Origin: an uncultured Solirubrobacterales bacterium
Lineage (GTDB): Bacteria; Actinomycetota; Thermoleophilia; Solirubrobacterales; 70-9
Direction of reading: 5' to 3'
DNA: 64,000 nucleotides
Assembly (NCBI GenBank): GCA_963837585.1
Contig: CAWINX010000003.1
Span: 3,098-67,097, forward strand
Position 1 is the stretch's first letter. Every line of letters starts with the position of its first letter. The notes beneath the pieces are model-generated. The model was not told the origin of the DNA. It did no database searches and worked only from the letters and a program-made list of their open reading frames with translations. The position numbers were made by a program, and so were the translations under genes. Below are positions 49,890-58,017 of this stretch, in pieces.

Positions 49890-50879
49890 GTGTCAGAGGC
49901 CGAGACCACCCAGACCCCGCTCGCGACGCCCCGCGACCCCGCCGACGAGGCAATGTGCGAGCGCGCCCGCGAGCGCTACACCGCCGATCGCAAGAGCCGC
50001 TTCCGCCGCCGGCGCAAACGCCACGCCGAGCTGCCCAACCTGATCATCATCGGCGGGCTGAAGTGCGGGACGACCAGCATCCACCACTACCTCGGCCTGC
50101 ACCCGGAGATCCAGATGTCGAAGCCGAAGGAGCTGAACTTCTTCGTCGAGGAGCTGAACTGGGACCTCGGGCTGGACTGGTACGCGAGTCGATTCGACGG
50201 CCGCTTCAAGGTGCGCGGCGAGTCCTCCCCCCACTACACGAACCTGCCCCGCTTCGAAGGGGTCGCGCAGCGAATCCACGAGCACTGTCCCGACGCCCGC
50301 CTCCTCTACATGGTCCGCGACCCGATCAAGCGGATCCTCTCCCACTGGGTCCACGCGACCGGCGCCGGCTATGAGACCGGCGAGCTGGTCCCGGTCCTCT
50401 CCAACCCCGACTCCTCCTACATGAACCGCTCGAAGTACTGGATGCAGCTGCAGCCCTATCTGGAGCTGTTCGACCGCTCCCAGATCGAGGTGATCACCCA
50501 GGAGGAGCTGCAGGCCGAGCGCGAGGAGACGATGCGCAAGGCCTTCCGCTTCGCCGGCGTCGACGAGGACTTCACCTCCGAGCAGTTCGACCGCGAGTGG
50601 GAGAAGTCGAGCGCCAAGCAGGGCGACAAATACCAGTTCATGGAGAAGCTGATCAAACTGCCGGGCTTCCGCTCCTTCGACCGCAACTTCGACCGCCTGC
50701 CCGAGTCGATGCGCTGGATCGTCGAGAAGGTCGTCCACGACCCCGAGAAGCCGCCGGCGCCGAAGCCGAAGCTGCCCGACGACCTCTTCGAGACGGTCCG
50801 AGGTCGCTTCGGCGAAGACGTCGCCGCGCTGCAGCGCTTCGCCGGTCGCGAGTTCGCCGGCTGGCACGACTACTCCTAG
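49890..50879 (+). CDS. Sulfotransferase family protein
   Basis: Intact 329-aa ORF. It has a 5'-PSB loop (PNLIIIGGLKCGTTSIHHYL) and a 3'-PB region (YMVRDPIKRILSHW). Confidence 0.8.
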   Translation: MSEAETTQTPLATPRDPADEAMCERARERYTADRKSRFRRRRKRHAELPNLIIIGGLKCGTTSIHHYLGLHPEIQMSKPKELNFFVEELNWDLGLDWYASRFDGRFKVRGESSPHYTNLPRFEGVAQRIHEHCPDARLLYMVRDPIKRILSHWVHATGAGYETGELVPVLSNPDSSYMNRSKYWMQLQPYLELFDRSQIEVITQEELQAEREETMRKAFRFAGVDEDFTSEQFDREWEKSSAKQGDKYQFMEKLIKLPGFRSFDRNFDRLPESMRWIVEKVVHDPEKPPAPKPKLPDDLFETVRGRFGEDVAALQRFAGREFAGWHDYS

Positions 50880-50903
50880 CCTGCCGGGCTAGGCTGGCCG
50901 CTG

Positions 50904-51467
50904 ATGCGGCGGCTGACCCCGAATCCAGGCGACACCACAATCGAAGAGCAGCTCGACTCCTACCGGCCCCGGGAGGAAGCGCGTGAGGATCGTCCCTTCG
51001 TCGCGATGAACTTCGCCGCCACGGTCGACGGCCGCGCCTCGATCGGCGGGGTCTCCGGGCCGATCGGCTCGGCGACCGACACGGCGATGCTGGTCGGGCT
51101 GCGGACCCGCTTCGACGCGGTGATGATCGGCGCCGGGACGATGCGGGCCGAGCGCTACAGCGGGCTCGAGAAGCGGCTCGTCGTGGTCGAGAGCGGGCCG
51201 GACGGCCGGGCCGACCTGCCGGCCCTCCTGCGCTCGCTTCGCGAGGAGGGCGTCCGGGCGCTGCTCTGCGAGGGCGGCCCGACCCTGTACGGCGCCCTCC
51301 AGGCGGCGGGACTGGTCGACGAGCTCTTCCTGACGATCGCGCCGAAGCTGGTCGGCGGCGAGGCGCCGCGCATCCTCGAAGGCACCCTGCCGGAGACCGC
51401 CGAGCTGGAGCTCGCCTGGCTGCTGGAAGAGCAGGGCGAGCTGTTCGCGCGCTACAGCCACCGCTGA
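50904..51467 (+). CDS. RibD C-terminal domain / dihydrofolate-reductase-like reductase
   Basis: 187-aa ORF containing FVAMNFAATVDGRASIGG...ALLCEGGPTLYGALQAAGLVDELFLTIAPKLVGG. Confidence 0.75.
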   Translation: MRRLTPNPGDTTIEEQLDSYRPREEAREDRPFVAMNFAATVDGRASIGGVSGPIGSATDTAMLVGLRTRFDAVMIGAGTMRAERYSGLEKRLVVVESGPDGRADLPALLRSLREEGVRALLCEGGPTLYGALQAAGLVDELFLTIAPKLVGGEAPRILEGTLPETAELELAWLLEEQGELFARYSHR

Positions 51468-51507
51468 GCTAGCGTTCGCGGCGCCCAGCCCCGAGGAGAG
51501 GACGTCG

Positions 51508-52770
51508 ATGGACTTCAAGCCCAGCCCCCAGGTCGAGACCCTGCGCGAGCGGATCCTCGACTTCATGGACGCGCAGATCTACCCGCAGGAGCGGGAGATC
51601 ATGGAGGGGCTCGACGCCGAGGTCGCGACGGGCGTTCCCTACCCGAAGATCCTGGTCGAGATCCGCGAGCGCGCCAAGTCGGAGGGGCTCTGGAACCTCT
51701 TCATGCCCGACGAGCGCTACGGCCCGGGCCTGACCAACTGGGAGTACGGGCTGCTCTGCGAGGAGATGGGCCGCAGCCCGGCCGCCGCGCCGATGGCTTT
51801 CAACTGTGCGGCGCCGGACACCGGCAACATGGAGATCCTCGCCGAGCACGGCACCGACGAGCAGAGGGAGCGCTGGCTGGAGCCGCTGCTGGACGGGAAG
51901 ATCCGCAGCTGCTTCTCGATGACCGAGCCGGATGTGTCGGGCTCGGACCCGACCCTGCTGCAGGCGCGGGCCGTGCGCGACGGCGACGACTGGGTGATCA
52001 ACGGCCACAAGTGGTTCACCTCGGGCGCGGTCGGCGCCGACCTGGCGATCGCGATGGTCGTCACCGACCCCGACGCCCACCCCTACGCGCGCGCCTCGAT
52101 GATCTGCGTGCCGACCGACAACCCCGGCTTCAACCTGGTGCGGCCGATCTCGGTGATGGGACACGACAAGGGTCCCGGCCACTGCGAGATCCGCTACGAG
52201 GACTGCCGCGTCCCGGCGGCCAACCTGCTCGGCGGCGAGGGGCAGGGCTTCGTCGTCGCCCAGGACCGGCTCGGCCCGGGGCGCATCCACCACTGCATGC
52301 GGGCGATCGGCACCGCGGAGCGGGCGCTGGAGATGATGTGCCGCCGCGCCAACGAGCGCCACGCCTTCGGCGGCCCGCTGGGCGAGAAGCAGTTCGTCCA
52401 GGAGGCGATCGCCGCCTCGCGGATGGAGATCGACCAGGCCCGCCTGCTGACCCTCTACGCCGCCTGGAAGATGGACACCGAGGGCAAGCGCGCCGCCCGC
52501 CAGTCGATCTCGGCGATCAAGGTCGTCGCCGCCAACATCGTCATGGACGTGCTCGACCGGGCGATCCAGGTCCACGGCAGCCTCGGGATGACCGACGACA
52601 CCCCGCTCGCCGCCCTCTGGCGCTTCAGCCGCATGCTGCGCCTCGCCGACGGCCCCGACGAGGTCCACAAGATGGTCCTCGCCCGCCGCGAGCTGAACCG
52701 CTGGGCGAAGCGCGCCGAGGCGGAGACAGCCGGTGAGCTGACCTCAAAGCACGCCCCGCGCCAAATCTAG
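51508..52770 (+). CDS. Acyl-CoA dehydrogenase
   Basis: Intact 420-aa ORF containing CFSMTEPDVSGSDPT, WVINGHKWFTSGA and QVHGSLGMTDDTPLAALWR. Its last 11 codons are repeated at 54215-54247. Confidence 0.9.
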   Translation: MDFKPSPQVETLRERILDFMDAQIYPQEREIMEGLDAEVATGVPYPKILVEIRERAKSEGLWNLFMPDERYGPGLTNWEYGLLCEEMGRSPAAAPMAFNCAAPDTGNMEILAEHGTDEQRERWLEPLLDGKIRSCFSMTEPDVSGSDPTLLQARAVRDGDDWVINGHKWFTSGAVGADLAIAMVVTDPDAHPYARASMICVPTDNPGFNLVRPISVMGHDKGPGHCEIRYEDCRVPAANLLGGEGQGFVVAQDRLGPGRIHHCMRAIGTAERALEMMCRRANERHAFGGPLGEKQFVQEAIAASRMEIDQARLLTLYAAWKMDTEGKRAARQSISAIKVVAANIVMDVLDRAIQVHGSLGMTDDTPLAALWRFSRMLRLADGPDEVHKMVLARRELNRWAKRAEAETAGELTSKHAPRQI

Positions 52771-52775
52771 GTTGA

Positions 52776-52791
52776 TTATCAGATTTGATAA
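52776..52791. promoter_or_regulatory. AT-rich inverted repeat TTATCA-gatt-TGATAA upstream of the TA-like cassette
   Basis: Read directly in the 30-nt AT-rich gap between the ACAD stop (52770) and the GTG at 52801. Candidate operator. Confidence 0.35.
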
Positions 52792-52800
52792 TTTGCAGTT

Positions 52801-53403
52801 GTGGAGCGCCTTAGCCCGCAGCTCTCTGCCGTCTTGGAATCGGAGTCGCGCGACCATGACCATGTCGTCGCCGACCTGGCTGATCGCTTCGAGATGGTTC
52901 TCGAGGCAGTCGAGAACGACGCAGGCTGGGCAACCAACAGGGTCACTCCCGGGAAGGTGATCCTCGGAAACTTGGACGGGATCGAGGCGGGGGTCCGCCA
53001 GATGATCCGCAAGATCCCGCTGGAGGTCACGACGGTCACCCTCCCATCAGGGAGCGAGGTCACCGTTCCGACGGAAGAAGAGACTCTCCGCATCAAGGCG
53101 TTCCTGGTCGTGCGACGCAACCAGACTCGCGACTACCTGGATCTCGCCGCGCTGTCCGAGCACCTCGGCTTCGACCACGCCGGCGGCGTCCTGGCGCGGA
53201 TCGACGACTACTACGCCGACCAGCACGGAGAGGGCGACGGGATCGCATCGCAACTCGTCCGCCAACTCTCCGACCCCCAACCGGCGGACCGGTCGGTGAT
53301 CGACCAACTCTCCTCCTACCGGCGCCTGCGCAAACGCTGGAGCGATTGGAACGCCGTGACCGAGGTTCTGGGAGATGTCGCCGCACGGATGGTGACGCCA
53401 TGA
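52801..53403 (+). CDS. Hypothetical protein resembling the C-terminal part of AbiEii-type nucleotidyltransferase toxins
   Basis: 200-aa ORF. ETLRIKAFLVVRRNQTRDYLDLAALSEHLG resembles the AbiEii helical region. I could not find an N-terminal GSx-D NTase motif. Its stop overlaps the next ATG (ATGA). Confidence 0.4.
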   Translation: MERLSPQLSAVLESESRDHDHVVADLADRFEMVLEAVENDAGWATNRVTPGKVILGNLDGIEAGVRQMIRKIPLEVTTVTLPSGSEVTVPTEEETLRIKAFLVVRRNQTRDYLDLAALSEHLGFDHAGGVLARIDDYYADQHGEGDGIASQLVRQLSDPQPADRSVIDQLSSYRRLRKRWSDWNAVTEVLGDVAARMVTP

Positions 53404-53955
53404 GCACGCTCGCCTTTCGCAACGTCGACGCTTCGCCGGACGACCCGGTTTCCGAGTGGCCGCTGGAGGCGATCCAAACCGCGCTCGAACGTGGTGGCCT
53501 CTCGCACTGGCGGCGGCTGGGGGAGGCGATCCAAGCCGAGCCGTGGGGCCCGGTCGCGCGCCGGGTCGAAGAGGTGCTCACCTACAGCAGGCCCTACGGT
53601 GTCGCGCCGGCAATGGAGCGAACGATCACGCGGGCGCGCAAGGCAGCCGAAGCATCGGAGCGCAAGGCGGTAGCGGCCGAGGTCGACGACCTCGTACGGG
53701 CATCGGGCCTCTCCCGAGCCGAGTTCGCCTCCCGCATCGGCACCTCGGCCTCCCGCCTTTCCACCTACGCCACGGGCAAGGTCACCCCTTCAGCGGCGCT
53801 GTTGACGCGAATGCGCCGAACTACGGGACGTCGAGAAAGCCGGCCGAGCGCTGCTTGCCATGCCGCCTCCCCCCGGCGAGGGCCCGGAGCCCGATTGGGA
53901 AGAGCAGAAGCGCGAGATGCTCGACGCCCCGGCGCGCAAGTGGCCCGGCGCGTGA
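53400..53955 (+). CDS. Protein with C-terminal XRE-type HTH (putative antitoxin/regulator); apparent frameshift near 53808-53815
   Basis: MSTLAFRNVDASPDDPVSEWPLEAIQTALERGGLSHWRRL...SGLSRAEFASRIGTSASRLSTYATGKVTPSAALLTR is in ORF 53346..53999. It then shifts to AELRDVEKAGRALLAMPPPPGEGPEPDWEEQKREMLDAPARKWPGA. The stop forms a GTGA overlap with the PIN remnant. Confidence 0.6.
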
Positions 53956-54190
53956 GGCCGCTTCCTCTACGACACCTCGATCTTCATCTACGCCCTTGAG
54001 GGAGAACATCCCTACAGGGAGCCCTGTCGCGAGATCGATGCGCAGGGCCCGTGACGCCGTCTTCGCCGCCCTCGCGCTCAATCGCGGAATTGACGCCATC
54101 CTCGCCACAGACCGCGCCTTCGACGGAATCGAAGGCCTGGAGCGAATCGACCCGGCGGACGAGCAGACAGTCTCCACCTTGATCGGCTGA
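53952..54190 (+). pseudogene. Degenerate PIN-domain (VapC-like) remnant
   Basis: The N-terminal LYDTSIFIYALEGEHPYREPCREI (one frame) and the C-terminal AVFAALALNRGIDAILATDRAFDGIEGLERIDP (ORF 53456..54190 frame) total about 80 aa. This is too short for a PIN domain, and it has at least two frame breaks. Confidence 0.6.
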
Positions 54191-54252
54191 CGCAACTGAA
54201 GGCAAGGCAGGGGTTTGACTTCGAAGCACGCCCCGCGGACAGTCTGAACATG

Positions 54253-54286
54253 CCAGAGGGGGCGGCCAATTGGCCGCCCCCTCTGG
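54253..54286. terminator. Perfect 34-nt palindrome between convergent genes
   Basis: CCAGAGGGGGCGGCCAA|TTGGCCGCCCCCTCTGG, read directly. No strong U-tract. Confidence 0.45.
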
Positions 54287-54315
54287 CAATAACGCCGTCC
54301 TGAGCTTGAGCCTGC

Positions 54316-55033
54316 CTAGCCGACGGCCGTGCCGATCACATCCAGCTCGGCGCCGGTGGCGGTTACACCGCTGCCGGAGCTGCAGCTGCCACCCGCCAAA
54401 TAGACCGAGAAGGTGTGATTTGTGGCCGAGATGGGCGCGATGCTCGACATCGGAGCCGCAGGAGGCGTGAAGGGTCCGAAGTCCACACGCCTCGTCACCT
54501 CACCCGAGCCTTTGTCGATCAGGTAACCGTATCCGACGATCTCCGGCGGAGCCGGCGAGCCGGGGTTCGCCGCGTCCTTGAGCAAGTAGGCCAGCGCCGA
54601 CCGCGGCTGCACGCAGCCGGCGTCGAACTTGACGTCGAACGCCGCCAGATACTGGTCGTCACGACCAGTCGGTTGAGTGTAGGTCGCGTTGTTGAACGGA
54701 TAGACCTGGCCTCCGGTGAACGGAACCGAGGAGTTGCCCCGCAACTTCTCGACCAACTGGGAAAACACGGTGGTCGGAGCGTTGATCTTGGCGCCGGTGA
54801 CTGCCTTGTTCTTGATCTTCGCGGTGGTGATCGCGTTTCTCTTGATCTTCGCGGTGGTGATCGCGTTCCGCTTGATCTTGGCCGTGGTCACCGCGTTCTT
54901 CTTCAGCTGCTTGGTGCCGACGCTGTTCTTGCCGAGGCCGGCCGCAATCGCGGTCGCGCCGCCGAGGACGAGGAACACAGCGAGGGACGACATCACGTTC
55001 GCGATACGTGAGTCGCTTGCGAATCTGCTTCAC
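54316..55033 (-). CDS. Secreted protein with N-terminal 10-aa tandem repeats (KNAVTTAKIK x4); apparent 1-nt insertion near 55002-55006
   Basis: MKQIRKRLTY is in ORF 54659..55033. It is followed by VMSSLAVFLVLGGATAIAAGLGKNSVGTKQLKKNAVTTAKIKRNAITTAKIKRNAITTAKIKNKAVTGAKI in ORF 54316..54996. The 30-bp DNA repeats lie at about 54790-54910. Confidence 0.65.
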
Positions 55034-55163
55034 GAGAACTCCTTCGGTTGGGAAACGAGAATGGCGCCGAGTGGACGAGAGGCGATCCCCTACTCAATTT
55101 CGCCGATCGGCTGCACCCTCGCAGGTTCGCCGATCCGCGTGCAAGCGGAGGCGGACGGGCGGC

Positions 55164-56216
55164 TCAGCCGCGGCGCTCGGCCTCGTCGGCCGCCTCGGCG
55201 AGGCGCTCGACCAGGCGCGCAAACGCCTGGATTCCCGGGTCGACCTCGCCGTACTGGCCGGCCGCGTAGCGCGCGTAGACGCCCTCGAGGATGATCGCCA
55301 GCTTCCAGTAGCCGAGGGCGACGAAGAAGTCGAGCTCGGAGAGGTCGCGGCCGGAGCGCTCCGCGTAGCGGGCCTTCAGCTCCTCGCGGGTCGGGAAGCC
55401 CGGCGCCAGGTTGGCGGGCTGGCCGAGCGCGATCGTCTCCTCGCCGCGCTCGGGCCAGTAGACCATCAGCAGGCCGACGTCGGCGAGCGGGTCGCCGAGC
55501 GTGCAGAGCTCCCAGTCGACCACCGCGGCGACCTCGCCGCTCGGCGCCAGGATCATGTTGTCGAGCCGGTAGTCGCCGTGGACGATCGTCGCCGGGCCCT
55601 GTTCGGGGATGCGGGCGGCGAGTCGCTCGTGCACCTCGTCGACCGCCGCCAGCTCGCGGGTCTTCGACTTCTCCCACTGCCCGTGCCAACGGTGCAGCTG
55701 GCGAGCGACGTAGTCCTCCTTGCGGCCGAGGTCGCCGAGGCCAACCGCGTCGGGGTCGACCGCATGGATCGCGACCAGGGTGTCGGCGACGCGCTCGCCG
55801 ATCGCCCGCCGGTCGGCCTCGTCGGGGAAGGCATCGGCCTCGGCAAGCCCGCGCAGGATCGGCCCCTCGACGAACTCCATCGCGTAGAAGGGAGCGCCGT
55901 TGACGCTCTCGTCCTCGCAGAGCCCGACCACCGGAGCGACGGGCACCTCGGTGCCCCCCAGCGCCGAGACGACCTTGTATTCGCGCCCCATGTCGTGGGC
56001 GGAGCCGAGTCGCTTGCCCAGCGGCGGCCGGCGCAGCGCCCAGCGGCGGCCGGCGGCGTCGGTCACCCCGTAGGTGAGGTTCGAGTGGCCGCCGGCGATC
56101 CGCTCGAAGGAGAGGGGCAGAGCGACCTCGGGGACGTGCTCGGCGAACCACCCCTCGACCCCCGCCCGGTCGATCCCCTCCGGGGCGTCGGCGGTGCGTG
56201 TAGCCTCGTCCTCCAT
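55164..56216 (-). CDS. Aminoglycoside-phosphotransferase-fold kinase (APH/ACAD10-11-associated type)
   Basis: ATG at 56216 within ORF 55164..57158. GGHSNLTYGV, IVHGDYRLDNMIL (catalytic loop) and VVDWELCTLGDPLAD. Confidence 0.85.
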   Translation of the reverse strand: MEDEATRTADAPEGIDRAGVEGWFAEHVPEVALPLSFERIAGGHSNLTYGVTDAAGRRWALRRPPLGKRLGSAHDMGREYKVVSALGGTEVPVAPVVGLCEDESVNGAPFYAMEFVEGPILRGLAEADAFPDEADRRAIGERVADTLVAIHAVDPDAVGLGDLGRKEDYVARQLHRWHGQWEKSKTRELAAVDEVHERLAARIPEQGPATIVHGDYRLDNMILAPSGEVAAVVDWELCTLGDPLADVGLLMVYWPERGEETIALGQPANLAPGFPTREELKARYAERSGRDLSELDFFVALGYWKLAIILEGVYARYAAGQYGEVDPGIQAFARLVERLAEAADEAERRG

Positions 56217-56246
56217 AGTGGCGCAAGCATATTCAGGGGCCCTCGC

Positions 56247-57485
56247 TTGAGCCCATCGCTGGCCAACCGGCTGCGCATCGGGTTCGCGATCGCCTTCGCC
56301 CTGTTGGCCGCGATGGCCGTGATCGGCGTCGGCCGTTTCATCCAGCAGCGCCAGGACTTCGAGAACGCGATCGCCCGCTCCTACCAGGTGGAGATGGCGG
56401 CTCAGGTTCGGCTGGCCCGCGGCGTCAGGCCCCGGGCGGCCCGCGCGACGATCGCCGCCCAGCACGTCCGCCGCCAGCAGCTCAACGACAGCATCTCCGG
56501 CGACACCCGCGACACCGCGCTGCTGGTCGCCGCCGGCCTGATCGCCGGCCTGACCGGCGCCCTGCTGCTGTTCAGCGGCCTGATCGCCTCGATGCGCCGT
56601 CCGCTCGAGGAGCTGGTCGACGCGGCCGGCCGGCTCGCCGGCGGCGACCGCTCGGCCCGGGTCGAGGTCGGCGGCCTTTCGGAGACGGCGACCCTGGGCG
56701 CCGCCTTCAACGAGATGGCCGACGAGCTGGAGCGCGAGGCGGGCAAACGCGACGAGCTCGACCGGATCAAAGACGAATTCGTGCTGACCGCCTCCCATGA
56801 GCTGCGCAGTCCCCTCACCTCGGTGCAGGGCTTCGCCGAGCTGTTGATGCTGGAGCGCGAGAAGCTCAGCCCCAAGCAGGCCGAGACGGTCGAGATCATC
56901 CTCGACAACTCGCGCCATCTGGTCCGCCTCCTCAACGACCTGCTCGACCTGGCGCGCAGCGACGCCGGGCGGCTCGCGATCAAGCCGGTGCCGACCGAGG
57001 TCGGGCCGCTCGTCGAGGACGCGATCCGCACGATGCGCGCCCAGACCGAGTCCTCGGGACAAGCCCTGGAGGCGGAGATCGAGCCGGACCTGCCGCGGAT
57101 CGCCGCCGAGCCGGACCGGATTCGCCAAGTACTGGTGAATTTGCTTACCAATGCGCATGAGTACTGCCCCGAGGGGGCGTCGATTCGAGTGACAGCCGCG
57201 CGCGCCGGTGCTGAAGTGGAGATTGCCGTGATCGACGACGGACCCGGAATCCCCCCAGAGCAGATGGAGCGCATCTTCGACCGCTTCACCCGCGGTGACG
57301 CCGGGCTGACCCAGCGGGTCGGCGGCACCGGCCTCGGCCTGGCGATCTCAAAGTCCCTGGTCGAACTGCACGGCGGGACGATCGCCGCCGAGGACACGCC
57401 GGGCGGCGGCGCCACCTTCCGGGTCAACCTCCCGGTCGCGGTCGCCGGCGAGAGCCTCAGCCCCACCGGAGCGCAGAGCCGATGA
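56247..57485 (+). CDS. Sensor histidine kinase (TM-HAMP-HisKA-HATPase_c)
   Basis: C-terminal about 412 aa of ORF 55008..57485, with a TTG start at 56247 (uncertain). H-box FVLTASHELRSPLTSVQGF, N-box LLTNAHEY and G-boxes DDGPGIP and GTGLGLAISKSLVELHGG. Confidence 0.85.
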   Translation: MSPSLANRLRIGFAIAFALLAAMAVIGVGRFIQQRQDFENAIARSYQVEMAAQVRLARGVRPRAARATIAAQHVRRQQLNDSISGDTRDTALLVAAGLIAGLTGALLLFSGLIASMRRPLEELVDAAGRLAGGDRSARVEVGGLSETATLGAAFNEMADELEREAGKRDELDRIKDEFVLTASHELRSPLTSVQGFAELLMLEREKLSPKQAETVEIILDNSRHLVRLLNDLLDLARSDAGRLAIKPVPTEVGPLVEDAIRTMRAQTESSGQALEAEIEPDLPRIAAEPDRIRQVLVNLLTNAHEYCPEGASIRVTAARAGAEVEIAVIDDGPGIPPEQMERIFDRFTRGDAGLTQRVGGTGLGLAISKSLVELHGGTIAAEDTPGGGATFRVNLPVAVAGESLSPTGAQSR

Positions 57486-57853
57486 CGCCGCGAGTGCTGA
57501 TCGCCGACGACTCCGAGACGATCCTGCTGCTGATGCGGACGAGGCTGGAGATGGCGGGCTACGACGTGGAGACCGCGATCGACGGCGAAGAGGTGATGGA
57601 GGCGGTCCACCGCAGGGGGCCCGACAGCGGCCCCGACATCCTCCTGCTCGACGCGATGATGCCCCGCAAGTCCGGCATCGACGCCCTGCGAGAGCTGCGC
57701 GCCGAGGGAGTCGACACCCCCGCTCTGATCGTCAGCGCCCACCAGGACGGCGAGGACGCCGCCGCCCCCACCGACCTTGAGGTGAGTGGCTACGTGGCCA
57801 AGCCGATCGACTTCGAGGCGCTGCTGGCGAGCATCGAAGAGCTGACTCGGTAG
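57482..57853 (+). CDS. Single-domain (CheY-like) response regulator
   Basis: Intact 123-aa ORF with an ATGA overlap with the kinase. VLIADDSETILLLM...LLLDAMMPRKSGIDAL...VAKPIDFEAL. Confidence 0.9.
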   Translation: MTPRVLIADDSETILLLMRTRLEMAGYDVETAIDGEEVMEAVHRRGPDSGPDILLLDAMMPRKSGIDALRELRAEGVDTPALIVSAHQDGEDAAAPTDLEVSGYVAKPIDFEALLASIEELTR

Positions 57854-57947
57854 GGACGGCGGGCATCCCCCTCGTCTGACAAAACGCCGCCCTTATAGGG
57901 GCGGCGTTTTTGAGTATCCGCCAGCCGAGGGGGATGCCCGCCGTCCC
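57853..57947. repeat. 95-nt nested hairpin with a perfect 22-bp outer stem enclosing the terminator hairpin
   Basis: GGGACGGCGGGCATCCCCCTCG (57853-57874) and CGAGGGGGATGCCCGCCGTCCC (57926-57947) are exact reverse complements. The hairpin starts at the last base of the response-regulator stop codon. Confidence 0.85.
57881..57911. terminator. Bidirectional rho-independent terminator
   Basis: AAAACGCCGCCC-ttat-AGGGGCGGCGTTTTT has a GC-rich perfect stem flanked by an A-run and a T-run. It lies between convergent genes (RR on plus, large HTH protein on minus). Confidence 0.75.
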
Positions 57948-58017
57948 ATCAACAGAGCGCCGAGGGCTCGCGAACAGCTTCTCCCAGCGAGTGAGATGTG
58001 TCGGCCTTGAGCGTGTT

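Noticed and set aside
55008-57485. 825-aa plus ORF and 664-aa minus ORF (55164..57158) as large proteins
   Set aside because: Only the C-terminal ~412 aa of the plus ORF (histidine kinase) and the C-terminal 350 aa of the minus ORF (APH-like kinase) look like real proteins. The remainders are mutual antisense read-through.
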